From a virus (lineage: Duplodnaviria > Heunggongvirae > Uroviricota > Caudoviricetes), in IMG/VR virus record IMGVR_UViG_3300037418_002962, positions 218,650 to 243,684 of that record: a stretch of 25,035 nt of DNA; one strand, given 5' to 3'. The position numbers and the translations under genes are program-made. Under the pieces are notes generated by a model. The model was not told where the DNA came from and searched no databases. It saw only the letters and a list, made by a program, of their open reading frames with translations. Positions 16,880 to 24,799 of the stretch are shown in pieces (within the stretch, counting starts at the first letter, position 1; the number at the start of each line of letters is the position of its first letter).

Positions 16880-17362
16880 TTATTTCAATTCTGGATTATA
16901 TTCAATCTGTTCTGCAGGATCAAATTTAACAAATTCTGCATTATCTGCACAATCATTAAAAATATAATATGCATCGCCAGCAAAACTTACTGCCTGAAGA
17001 ACCTTCTTCATGAAGAATTCACTATTCCCCCAGCAATTAAGAGAGAAAATAATCTTGGAACCTACAAGAGAAGGATTCCAACCTTCTACAAAATCATCAT
17101 CACAATCAAAATGAATTGTAAGATTTCTTTGCTCACCACAATGAGTAAAACTAATCACTACCATCTGTGAATGGGATGGCAGGCTTGATTCAGGCAGACT
17201 GAATCTATCTTTCAACTGAAAGGCAGCATGAAGCCCTTTTGATTTCATTTCTGTATTACGCACAGGAATGATAATACTATTAAGCATTTCCACAACAGAA
17301 TGAAAAATCTTGAAAAAATCCTTGTTCTCAGTAAGAACAACACCGTATGTATTGATACCCAT
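16880..17362 (-). CDS. Hypothetical phage protein
   Basis: 160-aa ORF; MGINT start; SLNCWG; NDC. Confidence 0.8.
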   Translation of the reverse strand: MGINTYGVVLTENKDFFKIFHSVVEMLNSIIIPVRNTEMKSKGLHAAFQLKDRFSLPESSLPSHSQMVVISFTHCGEQRNLTIHFDCDDDFVEGWNPSLVGSKIIFSLNCWGNSEFFMKKVLQAVSFAGDAYYIFNDCADNAEFVKFDPAEQIEYNPELK

Positions 17363-17567
17363 TTAACATATCCTTTTGAAAGAGGTTATAAGGACACACA
17401 ATCACTCCTTTAGAAGTGGCTTTAAGATTTCCGATGATAGTTTGCTTAGAGTTATCGCACTGTGGGCATGGACCTTTACAATCCGAAAACCTATGGTTCA
17501 TATTATAGGATTTCAACTTATCCTGATAATAAGAAGCCTCTTTCTTAGGCCAGATGATAAATTGCAT
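17328..17567 (-). CDS. Hypothetical Cys-containing protein
   Basis: ORF tiling the operon. Confidence 0.6.
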   Translation of the reverse strand: MQFIIWPKKEASYYQDKLKSYNMNHRFSDCKGPCPQCDNSKQTIIGNLKATSKGVIVCPYNLFQKDMLNGYQYIRCCSY

Positions 17568-17581
17568 TGTTCTATTCCGAT

Positions 17582-17800
17582 TTATCCTTCAACCTTGAGC
17601 CACTTACCATCATCCTGTAGTTTGTAGCGTTGACCTAAACCAGTACCTAAACGCCTAATACCATGCGCCTGCCATGACTTTGGCGTAAAGATACCCCAAG
17701 GACCATAAACCGACCTACCGTCAATAAATTCCTTGACAATCCTATCGCCAAAGTCATCCGTAGGACCAACCGAACCAATCCAAAAAACTTGCTTTGTCAT
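17582..17800 (-). CDS. Conserved-looking small phage protein (DG...GPW...LGTGLGQRY)
   Basis: Motif pattern familiar from phage early proteins. Confidence 0.75.
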   Translation of the reverse strand: MTKQVFWIGSVGPTDDFGDRIVKEFIDGRSVYGPWGIFTPKSWQAHGIRRLGTGLGQRYKLQDDGKWLKVEG

Positions 17801-17801
17801 T

Positions 17802-18030
17802 TTAATCTCTCTTAGTCAGAATTAAAACACCATAACCAGCAGTACCAGTTTTTTCACTTGCACGCTTAGTATCAAATCCAAGTTCATTTAAGCGATTCGC
17901 CATAATCTGGAGACGAGTTTCAGAATTATATTTTGACCCCTACCGAGATTTCTCCATCTCTCCAGAAACGTATCCAATAATCAAAGCCAATATCACCTAT
18001 AGCTTTACGAAGTGCCTTCGCGGTTTTCAT
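17802..18030 (-). pseudogene. Frameshifted approx. 75-aa gene (or homopolymer sequencing error)
   Basis: MKTAKALRKAIG...EISVG stops at 17926; removing one G of the run at 17937-17940 gives an open frame to TAA at 17802 that fills the gap exactly. Confidence 0.55.
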
Positions 18031-18046
18031 AATTTACTTTCTACCT

Positions 18047-18418
18047 TTAGAAGGAGAAATCGTAATAACGTTCCCGCCTACCAATGCGAATGGCCTGCCC
18101 ACCCTTCTTGCAATTCTCACGGATCGCGCCCTTGTCCTTGCCACGCTTCACAGGCCCGAAGTGACGAACATACGCTTCAGGATTAGGAGTGTATTCATAC
18201 TCCTGAGTCTCTGACATCCCGTTGTCGTCAATTCTCTTGTAGTTGTCTTCCTGAACATCAAAAGATCCATCAGGATAAACTTTCACAATCGTTCCAGGAT
18301 GCCTATCTGACCAGCTAAGAATGGTAACTCCCATTCCGACTTCAGGAGAAATCTGCTTCGAATTACCATGAACATAATTAACCAGAGAACCAGTCTGAGT
18401 ACCAAGCTTGTAAGCCAT
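18047..18418 (-). CDS. Conserved-looking phage early protein (PEVGMGVT...SDRHPGTIV...GRRERYYDFSF)
   Basis: First gene after a strong promoter; GGAGA SD. Confidence 0.85.
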   Translation of the reverse strand: MAYKLGTQTGSLVNYVHGNSKQISPEVGMGVTILSWSDRHPGTIVKVYPDGSFDVQEDNYKRIDDNGMSETQEYEYTPNPEAYVRHFGPVKRGKDKGAIRENCKKGGQAIRIGRRERYYDFSF

Positions 18419-18457
18419 CGGAAAATCTCCAAAAGGATGTTTCGTTCAACTGAAGAT

Positions 18458-18486
18458 ACTATATGCCTATTAGATTATCTTGTCAA
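18458..18486 (-). promoter_or_regulatory. Sigma70-type early promoter TTGACA-17-TATAGT
   Basis: Near-perfect consensus, intergenic. Confidence 0.88.
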
Positions 18487-18521
18487 GCCTTGAGAAGCTA
18501 CCCGAAAAGGCTACATATAAA

Positions 18522-19097
18522 TCAGAAAACTTCCATTTCCATGATGTCAAGCTTCTGATTCACAAATGACATACAAAAATTGTTAGCATGTTCTCTCTTA
18601 AAGAAAGACCTAAGGTGATTTCCATTATGATCTGAAACAACATAGATAATTTTCTTAGCAACATCAGGGAAAAAGTTAGGATTTTCAAAAACCATCTGTT
18701 TTCCAAGATTTGTATATTTTTCTTTTATAGTTTCAATATAAGTTGGATGTTCTAGACGATATGCCCATTTCTTACGAAAGACAATATAATCTAAATTTTT
18801 CTGAATCCACTTGTAATGTTCTTCTGCAGTACGATTAGAACGAATTGAATTGCAAAGATGGCAAGCAATCACCAAGTTACTATGATGGTCTGGCCCCTTA
18901 TCACATTGTCTCATAATATGTTCAAAAGTAACCATTTCCAAGTTTGAAATGGTTCTATGAGATTTTGGTGTATTTTTAATGTGAGCTTGAATTTCTTCAT
19001 TGGTATAACAGACCATACCACAATAACAACAACGATGGTTCTGAGCTTCAGAAAGCCTCACTTTCTTTCGATCTCTAGCTTGTGTACTTGTCATCAA
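18522..19097 (-). CDS. HNH endonuclease
   Basis: QNHRCCYCG; TFEHI; SNLVIACHLCNSIR. Confidence 0.88.
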   Translation of the reverse strand: MMTSTQARDRKKVRLSEAQNHRCCYCGMVCYTNEEIQAHIKNTPKSHRTISNLEMVTFEHIMRQCDKGPDHHSNLVIACHLCNSIRSNRTAEEHYKWIQKNLDYIVFRKKWAYRLEHPTYIETIKEKYTNLGKQMVFENPNFFPDVAKKIIYVVSDHNGNHLRSFFKREHANNFCMSFVNQKLDIMEMEVF

Positions 19098-19101
19098 TAA
19101 T

Positions 19102-19115
19102 CTCCTTATTAGGAG
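19102..19115 (-). promoter_or_regulatory. Hairpin CTCCT-aata-AGGAG masking the HNH Shine-Dalgarno
   Basis: Perfect 5-bp inverted repeat whose 3' arm is the SD. Confidence 0.6.
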
Positions 19116-19118
19116 CCT

Positions 19119-19146
19119 AATTTAACACATTTTTAGATTCTGTCAA
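19119..19146 (-). promoter_or_regulatory. Sigma70-type promoter TTGACA-16-TAAATT with TGn extension
   Basis: Perfect -35, extended -10, intergenic. Confidence 0.75.
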
Positions 19147-19151
19147 TAGCT

Positions 19152-19613
19152 CTACCAGGAAATATCAATACCGCCTGATGAATCAGAGGAAGAATAATCA
19201 GATGAACCAGAATCGCTATCATAACTGAAACCACTATCAGAGCTAGACGTATCATAGCTTGGAGTATCATCACGATCCCGCTCATGGATAACTTCAACTC
19301 TTTCATTGCGATCTGACATCAATTCTCCAAGAAGCATTCCCTCAACAAATCCATTGTTATTATAAACTACCGGGGAAGCAGGTGAATAGGCTGGATAAGT
19401 TGAAACTGAAGGCTGTGTGGTAGAATAAGGATAAGAATTAGAAGCTGCATGTCTGCCATTCAAAACAAAAGGCTTATCTACATAAACTGTTTCAGTTTTC
19501 ACAACTTCCTTTGGCTTCTTAAGAGCATAGATAATCAACCAAGTCATTGCAACGATAAAACTCAACGCAAAAAAGATAGTCCATGCTCCAATATGAATAT
19601 GATGATGTTCCAT
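19152..19613 (-). CDS. Membrane-anchored protein with Ser/Asp/Gly low-complexity tail ending in Trp
   Basis: N-terminal TM; GFVEGMLLGELMS; SSSDSGFS...GGIDISW; AAGGAG SD. Confidence 0.85.
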   Translation of the reverse strand: MEHHHIHIGAWTIFFALSFIVAMTWLIIYALKKPKEVVKTETVYVDKPFVLNGRHAASNSYPYSTTQPSVSTYPAYSPASPVVYNNNGFVEGMLLGELMSDRNERVEVIHERDRDDTPSYDTSSSDSGFSYDSDSGSSDYSSSDSSGGIDISW

Positions 19614-19625
19614 TTTATTTCTCCT

Positions 19626-19816
19626 TTAATCTAAATAATAAACATAAATTTCTAAATTTGGTGTTATAGAATGTATAATAGGTTCAATGACTTCCCAAGA
19701 TCCTCCACCTAACATTGATCCAATCTTAGGAATAGCGAGTGGGCATTACATCCGTGTGCAATATGCTTGATATCAGTTTCAAGAAGATTGCCCTTAATAT
19801 ATTTAACTATTGGCAT
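19626..19816 (-). pseudogene. Macrodomain (Poa1p/T4 Tk.4-like) gene with a large internal deletion and frameshift
   Basis: N-part MPIVKYIKGNLLETDIKHIAHGCNA fused out of frame at about 19740 to C-part LAIPKIGSMLGGGSWEVIEPII...IYVYYLD*. Confidence 0.85.
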
Positions 19817-20286
19817 AATTCAGCTTTCTCCCAGAAAAAGGTTATATAGTCCATATTTTTGTTCCTATCTATTGTTCTACCATAAAAGTCAGGAACAATT
19901 TTTTGTGCAGTGTTATAAATCAGAACTGCAGTCCTTAGGTCTCCACTATGATACCAATTATGATTTGGTTCGTTTATGTTATATCTTTTACAGTAATCTA
20001 AGATATTTCTAATTACGTTTCCAGAATCAATCATATCATCAACAACTAGAACACTTTTGTTGCAATTTAAATGATTTTGTAAAATAGAGTAAGGTCCAAA
20101 ACCACTCCTTAATTTTGGTTCAATAATCTGCAATGGAACGTTAAGCCTGTAAGAAAGAGCAGTTGCAGCTACCAAACCACCCCTAGCAATCCCAAAAATA
20201 CAATCTACCTGTGGAAAGTTTTTACATACTTCATCAGAGATTTTGATAATATCTTTTTGGAAGTCTTCTGGGTAATAGCTATGCAT
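19807..20286 (-). CDS. Type I purine phosphoribosyltransferase (Gpt/HGPRT-like)
   Basis: GIARGGLV; PRPP motif VLVVDDMIDSG; PDFYG; ITFFWE. Confidence 0.88.
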   Translation of the reverse strand: MHSYYPEDFQKDIIKISDEVCKNFPQVDCIFGIARGGLVAATALSYRLNVPLQIIEPKLRSGFGPYSILQNHLNCNKSVLVVDDMIDSGNVIRNILDYCKRYNINEPNHNWYHSGDLRTAVLIYNTAQKIVPDFYGRTIDRNKNMDYITFFWEKAELCQ

Positions 20287-20674
20287 TTTCCTTATCCGAT
20301 TTAATCCATTCACAGGCTTCCTCAATCGTACCAAACTGGACAGAGGAATGATAAATTAGCCATGGAGATAATACCTGATTGCTAGAATTCACAACAATAA
20401 TTGTCTTAAACCTTTCCCATGCATATAAAATTTCCATGGAAGTTCCAACACTTGGCTTTACATAATTAACAAGAATATAATGACAAGAATCAATGTCTGA
20501 CTTATCGTTTTCTACAATTTCCTTGGCAATTCCTGGATCTAGCTCCCTTCCTCTATAATCTCTAACCATTGGATCATAAACTTCACCATCCAGCAATTCT
20601 GAGGCTAGCTGTCTCCAGTCTTTACATTCATTATCGGTACATCCATTAATTGGGCCACATAAGTAAGTGTTCAT
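20279..20674 (-). CDS. Nucleoside 2-deoxyribosyltransferase/Rcl-like N-glycosidase
   Basis: YLCGPI; WR; DPM; D..DI; PSVGTSMEILYA. Confidence 0.85.
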   Translation of the reverse strand: MNTYLCGPINGCTDNECKDWRQLASELLDGEVYDPMVRDYRGRELDPGIAKEIVENDKSDIDSCHYILVNYVKPSVGTSMEILYAWERFKTIIVVNSSNQVLSPWLIYHSSVQFGTIEEACEWIKSDKENA

Positions 20675-20677
20675 ATT

Positions 20678-21727
20678 TTATCTCCCTATAGTATATTTTT
20701 CCATATTTTTATTATATTGATTATTTACACGAATAAATGTTGCTCTTTTATATAATTCTTTCAATGACTTAGAGCCAGTATACGTCATTCCACTACGAAT
20801 TCCGCCAAGCAATTCATCAAGCGTATTCTGGATTGGTCCTTTATAGGGAATTCTTGTATGTCTCCCCTCAGAGGTTCTATAGGACTTTATTTCTCCTGAA
20901 ATGGATTGCGCCTTATGGGAAGAATTTCCATAGAACTCAACATATTTCTTCCCATCAACATCAATAATTTCCTGTCCACTCTCATCATGCCCTGCAAGGT
21001 ATCCGCCAAGCATAATAAAGCTTGCACCAGCAGCAAAAGCTTTTACAGCATCTCCCGGATTCTTAATCCCACCATCAGCAATAATATGCCCACCAACTTG
21101 TTTTGCTGCCTCTGCACATTGCATAACAGCAGATAATTGAGGAACACCAATGCCACTCATAATTCTTGTCGTGCAGTTCGATCCAGGACCGATACCAATC
21201 TTAACGATATCAACACCAGATAGGATAAGCTCCTGGGTTCTTTCTGGGGTTACAACATTTCCTGCAATAAGAACACCTTCATAATTAAGCTCTTCACGAA
21301 CTCTTTTGATAAATTCAAGAAAAGCATCTGTATAACCGTTAGCTACATCAATGCAAATATAAGCAGGGTAATAACAATACTCTTCCAGTAAAAATTTTAG
21401 TTTACTAAATTCATCATCAGAAATTCCAAAAGTAGGAACTGCATTCTTTGGAGGGACTTCAGTATTATCTGCTGTATAAAATTTATCTCGCTCTTGTCTA
21501 GTTAAGAAAACTAGCATATTAAGATCTTCCATTGCTTTTGCTACTTCAATGGTTCCTACACCAACCATATTTGCTGCTGTAATCGGGCACCCAATATAAA
21601 ATTTTTGCCCCCATTTAAAATCATAGGTTACAACAATTTTTGCAGCTTTACGAGAATTTACAGAACTTCTTTTAGGCAATAGTAAAACATCATCATAATC
21701 TAGAAAAGTATCATTAATTATATTCAT
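20678..21727 (-). CDS. guaC: GMP reductase (IMPDH/GMPR family, no CBS domains)
   Basis: LDYDDVLLLPKRS; AANM; ICIDVANGY; KIGIGPGSNCTTR; IADGG; EFYGNSS; YRTSEGR; TYTG; AAGGAG SD before ATG 21727. Confidence 0.92.
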   Translation of the reverse strand: MNIINDTFLDYDDVLLLPKRSSVNSRKAAKIVVTYDFKWGQKFYIGCPITAANMVGVGTIEVAKAMEDLNMLVFLTRQERDKFYTADNTEVPPKNAVPTFGISDDEFSKLKFLLEEYCYYPAYICIDVANGYTDAFLEFIKRVREELNYEGVLIAGNVVTPERTQELILSGVDIVKIGIGPGSNCTTRIMSGIGVPQLSAVMQCAEAAKQVGGHIIADGGIKNPGDAVKAFAAGASFIMLGGYLAGHDESGQEIIDVDGKKYVEFYGNSSHKAQSISGEIKSYRTSEGRHTRIPYKGPIQNTLDELLGGIRSGMTYTGSKSLKELYKRATFIRVNNQYNKNMEKYTIGR

Positions 21728-22229
21728 TGTTCTCCTTAATATTTTTATAGAAAATATGCTCACCAATCACAGCAACTCTCACAACATCCTTAGATTTTCT
21801 CCATGGAGCCTTGGTCCATTTCGGATGGAAAAATGTTGCTCCATTGACATTATCAATCCATTTATCAGCATTATAGATTGTCAGAATGCTTTCTGCCAAA
21901 TGGTGATAGTCTGCCCTAAATCTTTCAGGAATACTTTTATCTCTTTTATGAGTAAAAGTAAACTGCTTCTTTTGATAGACAACATCACAGATGCTTTTGT
22001 TTTTTTGATGACTTCTATTGAAAATAACCGAAGCTATTGCCTTCTTGCCTTCAAGAGACTGATTTCCTGCTTCATGATAAATTGTTTTTGCAAGACAATC
22101 TACATCTTTAGGATTAACTGCTACCTGTTGATTAACAATAGGATTTACAAAATGAAAAACAAGAGGTATCTCTTTTTCCGTGCCAGAGATCCAGGCACAG
22201 AAAATCACTGTCAAAATAAAACGAAACAT
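21714..22229 (-). CDS. Cell-wall hydrolase, SleB/Hydrolase_2 family, with N-terminal signal/TM
   Basis: CLAKTIYHEA; AIASVIFNR; ICDVVYQKKQF; GATFFH; IGEHIFY. Confidence 0.9.
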   Translation of the reverse strand: MFRFILTVIFCAWISGTEKEIPLVFHFVNPIVNQQVAVNPKDVDCLAKTIYHEAGNQSLEGKKAIASVIFNRSHQKNKSICDVVYQKKQFTFTHKRDKSIPERFRADYHHLAESILTIYNADKWIDNVNGATFFHPKWTKAPWRKSKDVVRVAVIGEHIFYKNIKENNEYN

Positions 22230-22240
22230 AATTAAACTCT

Positions 22241-22519
22241 TTAGATTTCCTTTGCTACTTTCTGAAGAAATATATCAAGGTTTTCTCTAAAGGCATAGAT
22301 AGAAAAAGGTTCCTCTGATCTAATTTTCGAGTTAATTTCCTCATTATAAAGAAATAGTTGAATATCACCATTAGAAATTAGATATAGATGAAGTTCATAT
22401 CCATTTTCAATGCAGAGTTTATGATAAGCTTTCCATGTTTCTTCATAGACATCATAAAATACCGTATTAGTAATAAAATGATCTATAAATGAATGTTCTT
22501 TTATTGCAATTTTATGCAT
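22241..22519 (-). CDS. Hypothetical protein
   Basis: GAGG SD; ATG adjoins upstream stop. Confidence 0.7.
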   Translation of the reverse strand: MHKIAIKEHSFIDHFITNTVFYDVYEETWKAYHKLCIENGYELHLYLISNGDIQLFLYNEEINSKIRSEEPFSIYAFRENLDIFLQKVAKEI

Positions 22520-22696
22520 TTAATAAACCTCTTGAGTTGTTACATTATAACTTCTCGAACCAATAAGAAAAACAATATGATCTGGTAAGACATATCCCTT
22601 ACGATTCTTAAAGTCAAGTTCCTTCTCTGCCTTGGTCTTAACTCTAAAAGGCATTCCACTTTCAATAGCAGCATCAAATCTTTCATTAAAAGTCAT
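22520..22696 (-). CDS. Hypothetical protein, 58 aa (MTFNERFDAAIESG...)
   Basis: Manually translated; AGGAG SD; fills gap. Confidence 0.7.
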   Translation of the reverse strand: MTFNERFDAAIESGMPFRVKTKAEKELDFKNRKGYVLPDHIVFLIGSRSYNVTTQEVY

Positions 22697-22856
22697 TTTC
22701 TAGCTCCTGTTCAAATTTTTCAGATAAACCACCAAATACTTTAAAGACTTCCTCATCATAATAAGGAGATATATTTATAGGACATCCGCCAATACATTGA
22801 GACCAATCGTTCCCATGAAGTGAATAACATTTAGGACATTGCTTGAACTTATCCAT
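22686..22856 (-). CDS. Small Cys-containing protein, 56 aa (MDKFKQCPKC...QCIGGCP...)
   Basis: Manually translated; fills gap. Confidence 0.7.
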   Translation of the reverse strand: MDKFKQCPKCYSLHGNDWSQCIGGCPINISPYYDEEVFKVFGGLSEKFEQELENDF

Positions 22857-22857
22857 G

Positions 22858-23073
22858 TTAACTAGGATATTCCATTTTAGATTTTCTTTTCATAACTTGC
22901 CCATTAGGACAAATACACCATACCTTACTTCCACATTCGATTCCATTAGGAGCGCGTATTTTGCCTTTTGTATCAATTATGCCATTATTTCCACATAAAC
23001 AACAAAATCCTAATGTTTGATAGTTATTCATCCAAAAATCAGCTAATTGATTTTTAGTTATGGGTCTAGTCAT
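22858..23073 (-). CDS. Zn-ribbon protein (CCLCGNNG...CICPNG)
   Basis: CxxCxxxG...CxC motif. Confidence 0.75.
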   Translation of the reverse strand: MTRPITKNQLADFWMNNYQTLGFCCLCGNNGIIDTKGKIRAPNGIECGSKVWCICPNGQVMKRKSKMEYPS

Positions 23074-23371
23074 TATTTTGTTCTACTAAGTAATTGTAGA
23101 GTGCATCAAGAGAACTAGCCTTTAATTGATAAGAACCAATAGGCGTATCTGGATATACAGTTAAACACCAAACTGAATTATTTTCAAGAGCCTTTTTCTT
23201 TTCTGCATTAGAAATCCAAGGATTAAAAGAGGAATCTTTATGATATCTAGGATCTGTATAATAATCCATTGCTGTTTGATAATTTACAGAATGATCATTG
23301 TAGTCAAGAATAATATTTGTAAACTCTCCTTTAAGAAGTCTCTTAAGTTCATCCTCGAAATTTTTAATCAT
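23066..23371 (-). CDS. Conserved-looking phage protein (YPDTPIGSY)
   Basis: NDH..NY and W.L..YPDTPIG motifs. Confidence 0.75.
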   Translation of the reverse strand: MIKNFEDELKRLLKGEFTNIILDYNDHSVNYQTAMDYYTDPRYHKDSSFNPWISNAEKKKALENNSVWCLTVYPDTPIGSYQLKASSLDALYNYLVEQNND

Positions 23372-23586
23372 TTATAAGTAATCTCACTTTCTGTTTCGAC
23401 ATAACAGCGTGCTCCACACTGCAAAGGTTTATATGGAGAGTAAACAACTCTGGATGGACCTAAAATATTAACTTCATTGGCCTTGATATTCTTACCATTA
23501 GTCTTAATAGTAATCACAGGATTACATTCATTATTTTTCAGGTTTGCTCTCAGAACGTGTTGGTTTATATGAATTCTTTTAAGCAT
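23368..23586 (-). CDS. Conserved phage protein (IHINQH...PVITIK...VYSP.KPL.CGAR)
   Basis: Recognisable motif pattern; ATG overlaps def stop. Confidence 0.8.
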   Translation of the reverse strand: MLKRIHINQHVLRANLKNNECNPVITIKTNGKNIKANEVNILGPSRVVYSPYKPLQCGARCYVETESEITYK

Positions 23587-24103
23587 CGAACTTTTCACTT
23601 TGCCTACAAAGCTTCTTGAATTTTTTACGAGCAATTTCACGATTCAGGTAATTTGCATCATCAAACATCGTTCTGCCATTGAGATGAGATAATTCATGGA
23701 GGAAAACCCGACTAGTCATATCCTGATATTGTTTGGTAACAGTTTCTCCAGTGTAAAGAGTAAATCTTACCTTGATAACCTTCTTACGAGATACCTTTAC
23801 AGCAACTCCCTTGTACGTCAAGCAAGATTCTAATGCAGTTTCAGATTCCGAAGAAGTATCAACTACCTTAGGGTTAAAACAGACAATAGCAGGTTCTGCC
23901 ATCATAACAAAAGCATTTACTCTAAGACCAACCTGATTGCAAGAAAGACCAATTCCCCCATTTTCCTTCATACAAGAAACTAGCTTAAGAGCCAATTCTT
24001 CAGGATCATAGCTAGGATTTTCAAAATTAAATCGTGGCATTACTTCCTTTAAAATTGGGTCTTTATAGGAAACTAATGATAGTGTAGCTGGCAATTTTTC
24101 CAT
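23579..24103 (-). CDS. def: Peptide deformylase
   Basis: Motif 1 GIGLSCNQVG; motif 2 ESCLT; motif 3 HELSHLNG. Confidence 0.88.
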   Translation of the reverse strand: MEKLPATLSLVSYKDPILKEVMPRFNFENPSYDPEELALKLVSCMKENGGIGLSCNQVGLRVNAFVMMAEPAIVCFNPKVVDTSSESETALESCLTYKGVAVKVSRKKVIKVRFTLYTGETVTKQYQDMTSRVFLHELSHLNGRTMFDDANYLNREIARKKFKKLCRQSEKFDA

Positions 24104-24630
24104 TAAGTTACTCCAAACACATGATTATAAATTTTATTCTTTGCATCCTCATCAGCATCAATTGTAATATAATCTAACTGATTTTCAATCAGAAGATTTT
24201 CGATACTTCCTGCCAAATTATTGGATTCTTCTTCTGTCTGATATCTGCCTTCTTTATGGTAAGGTTTAGTTCTTCTAAGTAGAATATTCAGATTATCATA
24301 ATCACTATATAATCTTTTAATTAGATTTGCAAGCTCTAAATGTTTTTTATTATCAAAATAGACAAGACCTAGAAGAATTGGTGAGTCAGTAAGAATATAT
24401 TCAACTTTCCCAATTAATCTAGAAACTGATAAATTCTGCTTGGCTGTTACATATACTTGGTTATCACTTAAGATTTTTGTTCTGCCTTCCCAGACAAGTT
24501 GTTTAGCATATTCTCCAATCAATTCACAACTTTTATTATGCCATTTAAATTTTGCAAAGGTATCTGCTGCAGTTGTTGATTTTCCAGTACCGGGAGGACC
24601 AAATAAATTAATTACCTTTGTTTTCTTCAT
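24103..24630 (-). CDS. P-loop nucleotide kinase-like protein (NadR/Ttd14 AAA_28-like)
   Basis: INLFGPPGTGKST; EYAKQLVW; TDSPIL; EGRYQTEEES. Confidence 0.82.
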   Translation of the reverse strand: MKKTKVINLFGPPGTGKSTTAADTFAKFKWHNKSCELIGEYAKQLVWEGRTKILSDNQVYVTAKQNLSVSRLIGKVEYILTDSPILLGLVYFDNKKHLELANLIKRLYSDYDNLNILLRRTKPYHKEGRYQTEEESNNLAGSIENLLIENQLDYITIDADEDAKNKIYNHVFGVT

Positions 24631-24640
24631 TTATTCTCCT

Positions 24641-24799
24641 TTAAATTGAACAATAAGTTGCAGGTTCATCTGGAGTTTCGTTACAATAATTAATTTTTAC
24701 CTGAAGATTATCTTCATCTGTTAAACAATTAAAATAAACTGGAAGTAAAACTAACATAACATAAACTGCAAACAAAAATCCTTGAAAAAACTTTAGCAT
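24641..24799 (-). CDS. Small membrane protein (MLKFFQGFLFAVYVMLVLLP...)
   Basis: N-terminal TM; ATG overlaps upstream stop; trimmed from track ORF. Confidence 0.65.
   Translation of the reverse strand: MLKFFQGFLFAVYVMLVLLPVYFNCLTDEDNLQVKINYCNETPDEPATYCSI

Noticed and set aside
18486-18512. AGCCTT...AAGGCT inverted repeat after the HNH gene
   Set aside because: Short stem with a large loop and no U-tract; not convincing as a terminator
22772-22779. TATAAATA on the minus strand
   Set aside because: Inside a coding region; expected by chance in AT-rich DNA
1558-24649. Other plus-strand track ORFs (e.g. 3710..4192, 5137..5454, 8449..8760, 16859..17170, 21756..22235)
   Set aside because: All overlap well-supported minus-strand genes and lack SD or motifs
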